A stretch of DNA of 63,391 nt, filler included, from Reclinomonas americana ATCC 50394 (lineage: Eukaryota), in NCBI GenBank assembly GCA_048213135.1. It is 8 parts of 5 records of this genome, joined end to end, with 100 filler letters (N's around TTAATTAATTAA, not from the genome) between each part and the next. Parts side by side here need not be neighbours in the genome. Positions count along the whole stretch, not along the records: positions 60,431 to 63,391 come from PS015414.1; 7 more parts are not named here. One strand, given 5' to 3'. Positions within the stretch are counted from its first letter, which is position 1. Each line of letters opens with the position of its first letter. Positions 63,243-63,391 of this stretch are shown in pieces. The notes under the pieces are model-generated. The model made no database searches. It saw nothing but the letters and a program-made list of their open reading frames with translations, and was not told the origin of the DNA. The position numbers and the translations under genes are program-made.

Positions 63243-63349
63243 CTCTGTGGGAGGGATTGAGAAGCCAGTGACGACGGCAACAGCGCGGGAGCGCATGAGA
63301 GAGGAGGCGGCGTCGTAGAGCTCGCCCGGGATGTGGAGGGCAGCGATTC
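63243..63349 (-). CDS. DUF4392-family N-terminal exon (belongs before the 60442 exon in protein order)
   Basis: CAG|GIAALHIPGELYDAASSLMRSRAVAVVTGFSIPPTE|GTTTGT matches the family segment RGI..L....AA..L....V...TGF preceding ETDGPPGA. Confidence 0.75.
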
Positions 63350-63391
63350 CTGAGGGGGGGGGGGGGGGGGGGGGGGGGGGTATTGGAGAGG

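Noticed and set aside
63354..63380. Poly-G run as a regulatory or G4 element
   Set aside because: On the coding (minus) strand it is the polypyrimidine tract before the 63349 acceptor, and its length may be a sequencing artefact.

Overview
Gappy draft scaffold from an intron-rich unicellular eukaryote. It uses GT-AG spliceosomal introns, apparently the standard code, and many introns are filled with microsatellites. Contigs are joined by N runs and artificial N44-TTAATTAATTAA-N44 spacers. Genes reconstructed by hand: an LRR + coiled-coil (LRRC45-like) gene, tRNA-Gly(GCC), the 5' part of class I aldolase, a large polycystin-1-like NHL/FN3/CUB/REJ/GPS membrane protein, a glutaredoxin-UBX-tail-anchor protein, a secreted G1-type glutamic peptidase-like protein, LAMTOR3, an almost intronless HEPN-like/NACHT/pentapeptide/14xWD40 NLR-like gene next to a decaying WD40 array, an SLC25 carrier, an HVA22/REEP protein, an Fe/Mn SOD and a DUF4392 protein. 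There are also two fragments of an RLE-type non-LTR retrotransposon. Two signals stand out. (1) A recurrent class of register-shifted 5' splice sites, GT-T-GCG[T/C], has the usual +5 G at +6 and accounts for roughly a fifth to a quarter of the donors I could resolve. (2) The HEPN-NACHT-WD40 locus looks like an immune receptor with hypervariable repeats. All exon models and family assignments come from manual reading and motif recall, not from database searches.
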